Shown: piece after piece, positions 62,321 through 64,000 of the stretch
Position numbering within the stretch: the stretch's first letter is position 1
Layout: each line of letters begins with the position of its first letter
Assembly: GCF_963921235.1 (NCBI RefSeq)
Contig: NC_086118.1
Span: 24,616,001-24,680,000, forward strand
Direction of reading: 5' to 3'
Source: Mobula hypostoma
Lineage: Eukaryota
Length of the DNA stretch: 64,000 nt
Made by a program: the position numbers and the translations under genes
The notes under the pieces: generated by a model
What the model was told of the DNA's origin: nothing
Databases searched by the model: none
Seen by the model: only the letters and a program-made list of their open reading frames with translations

Positions 62321-63789
62321 TGACAGATTGAACTCGAATAAGTCACCTTCTGGTACCATCTTAGCTCCTCCCTTAGCGTGTGGGAACATTTTAAAAATGG
62401 ATTAATATAGGATGGGGGAAAACAAGTGGTTTATATTCAGCATGGAATCAATGGGCTGAAAGGCCTCTTACCATACTCAGTCTTTCTATGACTCTAAGGC
62501 AATTAAAATTACTAGTGCTCCTCTCAATCTACAATTAGGTTCAAAGTTTAAAACAAAAGTTGGCAGGTCTTCACAAGATGTTTGCAGGCTTTTATGTCAG
62601 ACCTTTCATTGAAAACGATCAAAGGAAGAAATATGGATCACATGTGATGCACATTTTGCATTGGGAGTGTCTGAAACATTGGACCTGCCCCAGGTCTGAT
62701 TGTGGATATCTTCTGAAGTCGGATTTAAAGGTCTTTCCAATGAATTAAAAGTGCAGGCTCATGTAACTTTCAAAGCTATAAAGTAGTTCAACATTTGAGC
62801 GCTGTTTAGGGAAGACATTCTGAATTGAGAGCTATTCACTTTGTGTCAATACTGGCACGCTTCTGTTTATTTTCAGAACTATAAGACTCAAAGAAATTTA
62901 ATAATACTGGTAAAATATTGCAGTGGATGATAAAAAGCACATGATGCTGGGCTATAATTTTGGCACTGTATGAAAACACGACAGTCAATGACAATCCCAG
63001 GGCAGCAAATCAAAGAGAACCATTAATTTCAAAGACATAAACTTCATCACAGACAAGAACTAGTGTCTGTACTCACCACCGACCACTGCAGAAGACACAG
63101 ACAGCTGTCTTCTGAATAGATCGGTGCTGATTCATTGCCAGCAGCCAGCCCAATCCAAAATTATCAAGCTCTGAGGATGGCAAAGTATTGGGCCATGTTA
63201 CAGAGCCAAGCAGACAGATCAGGACAATAAACCGTTGACAGCCAATAAAATCATGTTGCTGTCCTTAGCCAGCGAACAAACCTGTTAAAAATTTAAAAGC
63301 CTCCAAATATCCTTGGCATCCAGAAAGATTTAAAAATCATTAAAAATCCTTTGTGCCTTTCTCATACTTTGCTCTCAAACCTCCCTTCACTACCAACATC
63401 CTCATTGGCATCACACCCAGGGCCTGTTTTCTCCTTGATCCAACACCTACAGCATAATCATCTTCCCAAGCAGCTTCCCACCCTTTCCCCTCAGCTCAAT
63501 CTTGCCTGTCTATGAAGCCCTCCCAAACCCCTCCCTCTCCTCCTGACAGAGTGCCTGCCCGTGCCAATGATCAGCTTATCCTGCCCCCGATCCTCTCTCT
63601 GTGTCAGGGATCTGAAATGATGGGGCTTGGTTGTTCAACGGCTGTGCACACTAGGCTTAGTTGGTGCAGTAAAACTGAACGTAGCTGCAGTCGGGGCTTC
63701 GTCCTAAAGTGATGCAGCCCCCAACCCCACACCCAGTGTCAACTCCTAAACTGAAAATCCAAGGGAAAATAGAATTAATCCCTACATCT

Positions 63790-64000
63790 GTTGATTGGAA
63801 GGGGACACCAGCAGGGATAATGGCAGAAGAGCAATGGCTGGAGTTTCTGGGGGAAATTTGGAAGGTGCAGGAGCGATACATCTGAAAGCTGAAGAGGTAT
63901 CACAAGGGAGGATGAGGCAACCATGGCTGGCAAAAGGAGTCAAAGACAAGATAAAGTGAAAAGAGAGAGCATATCAAAAAGCAAAAGTTAGTGGGAAGTT
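63790..64000 (+). mobile_element. CR1 ORF2 linker fragment (runs off the window)
   Basis: Remnants EEQWLEFLGEIWKVQERYI and QPWLAKGVKDKIK...ERAY, typical of the CR1 endonuclease-RT tether. Confidence 0.6.

Overview
Repeat-dense, AT-rich vertebrate intronic or intergenic DNA. The repeat mix (V-domain SINEs, CR1 LINEs with TTCTATG/AAACATAG tails, Rex1/Babar LINEs, GIY-YIG Penelope-like elements) suggests a cartilaginous fish, probably a ray; this is an inference. I recognised no intact host gene, only a few weak minus-strand micro-exon candidates. The best-supported structures are: (1) a Sleeping Beauty-like Tc1 element (8241-9874) and a second Tc1 (33748-34884), each built from two inverted RIGHT ends with no left end; (2) a 2.0-kb Buster/Charlie hAT with a perfect 8-bp TSD (15321-17320); (3) a Penelope-like retroelement with a ~750-bp inverted arm and a 14-bp TSD (20204-22999); (4) several minimal hammerhead ribozyme motifs in Penelope pseudo-LTRs; (5) a solo LTR with a 4-bp TSD (40714-41362); (6) a three-layer nest of Penelope remnant > LTR carrying a CpG-rich 31-bp minisatellite > Nimb/I-type LINE end (51150-54230); (7) a Tigger4-like fragment. 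There are also many CR1, Rex1, RTE and SINE fragments. All family names come from motif recognition and memory, not from database searches.
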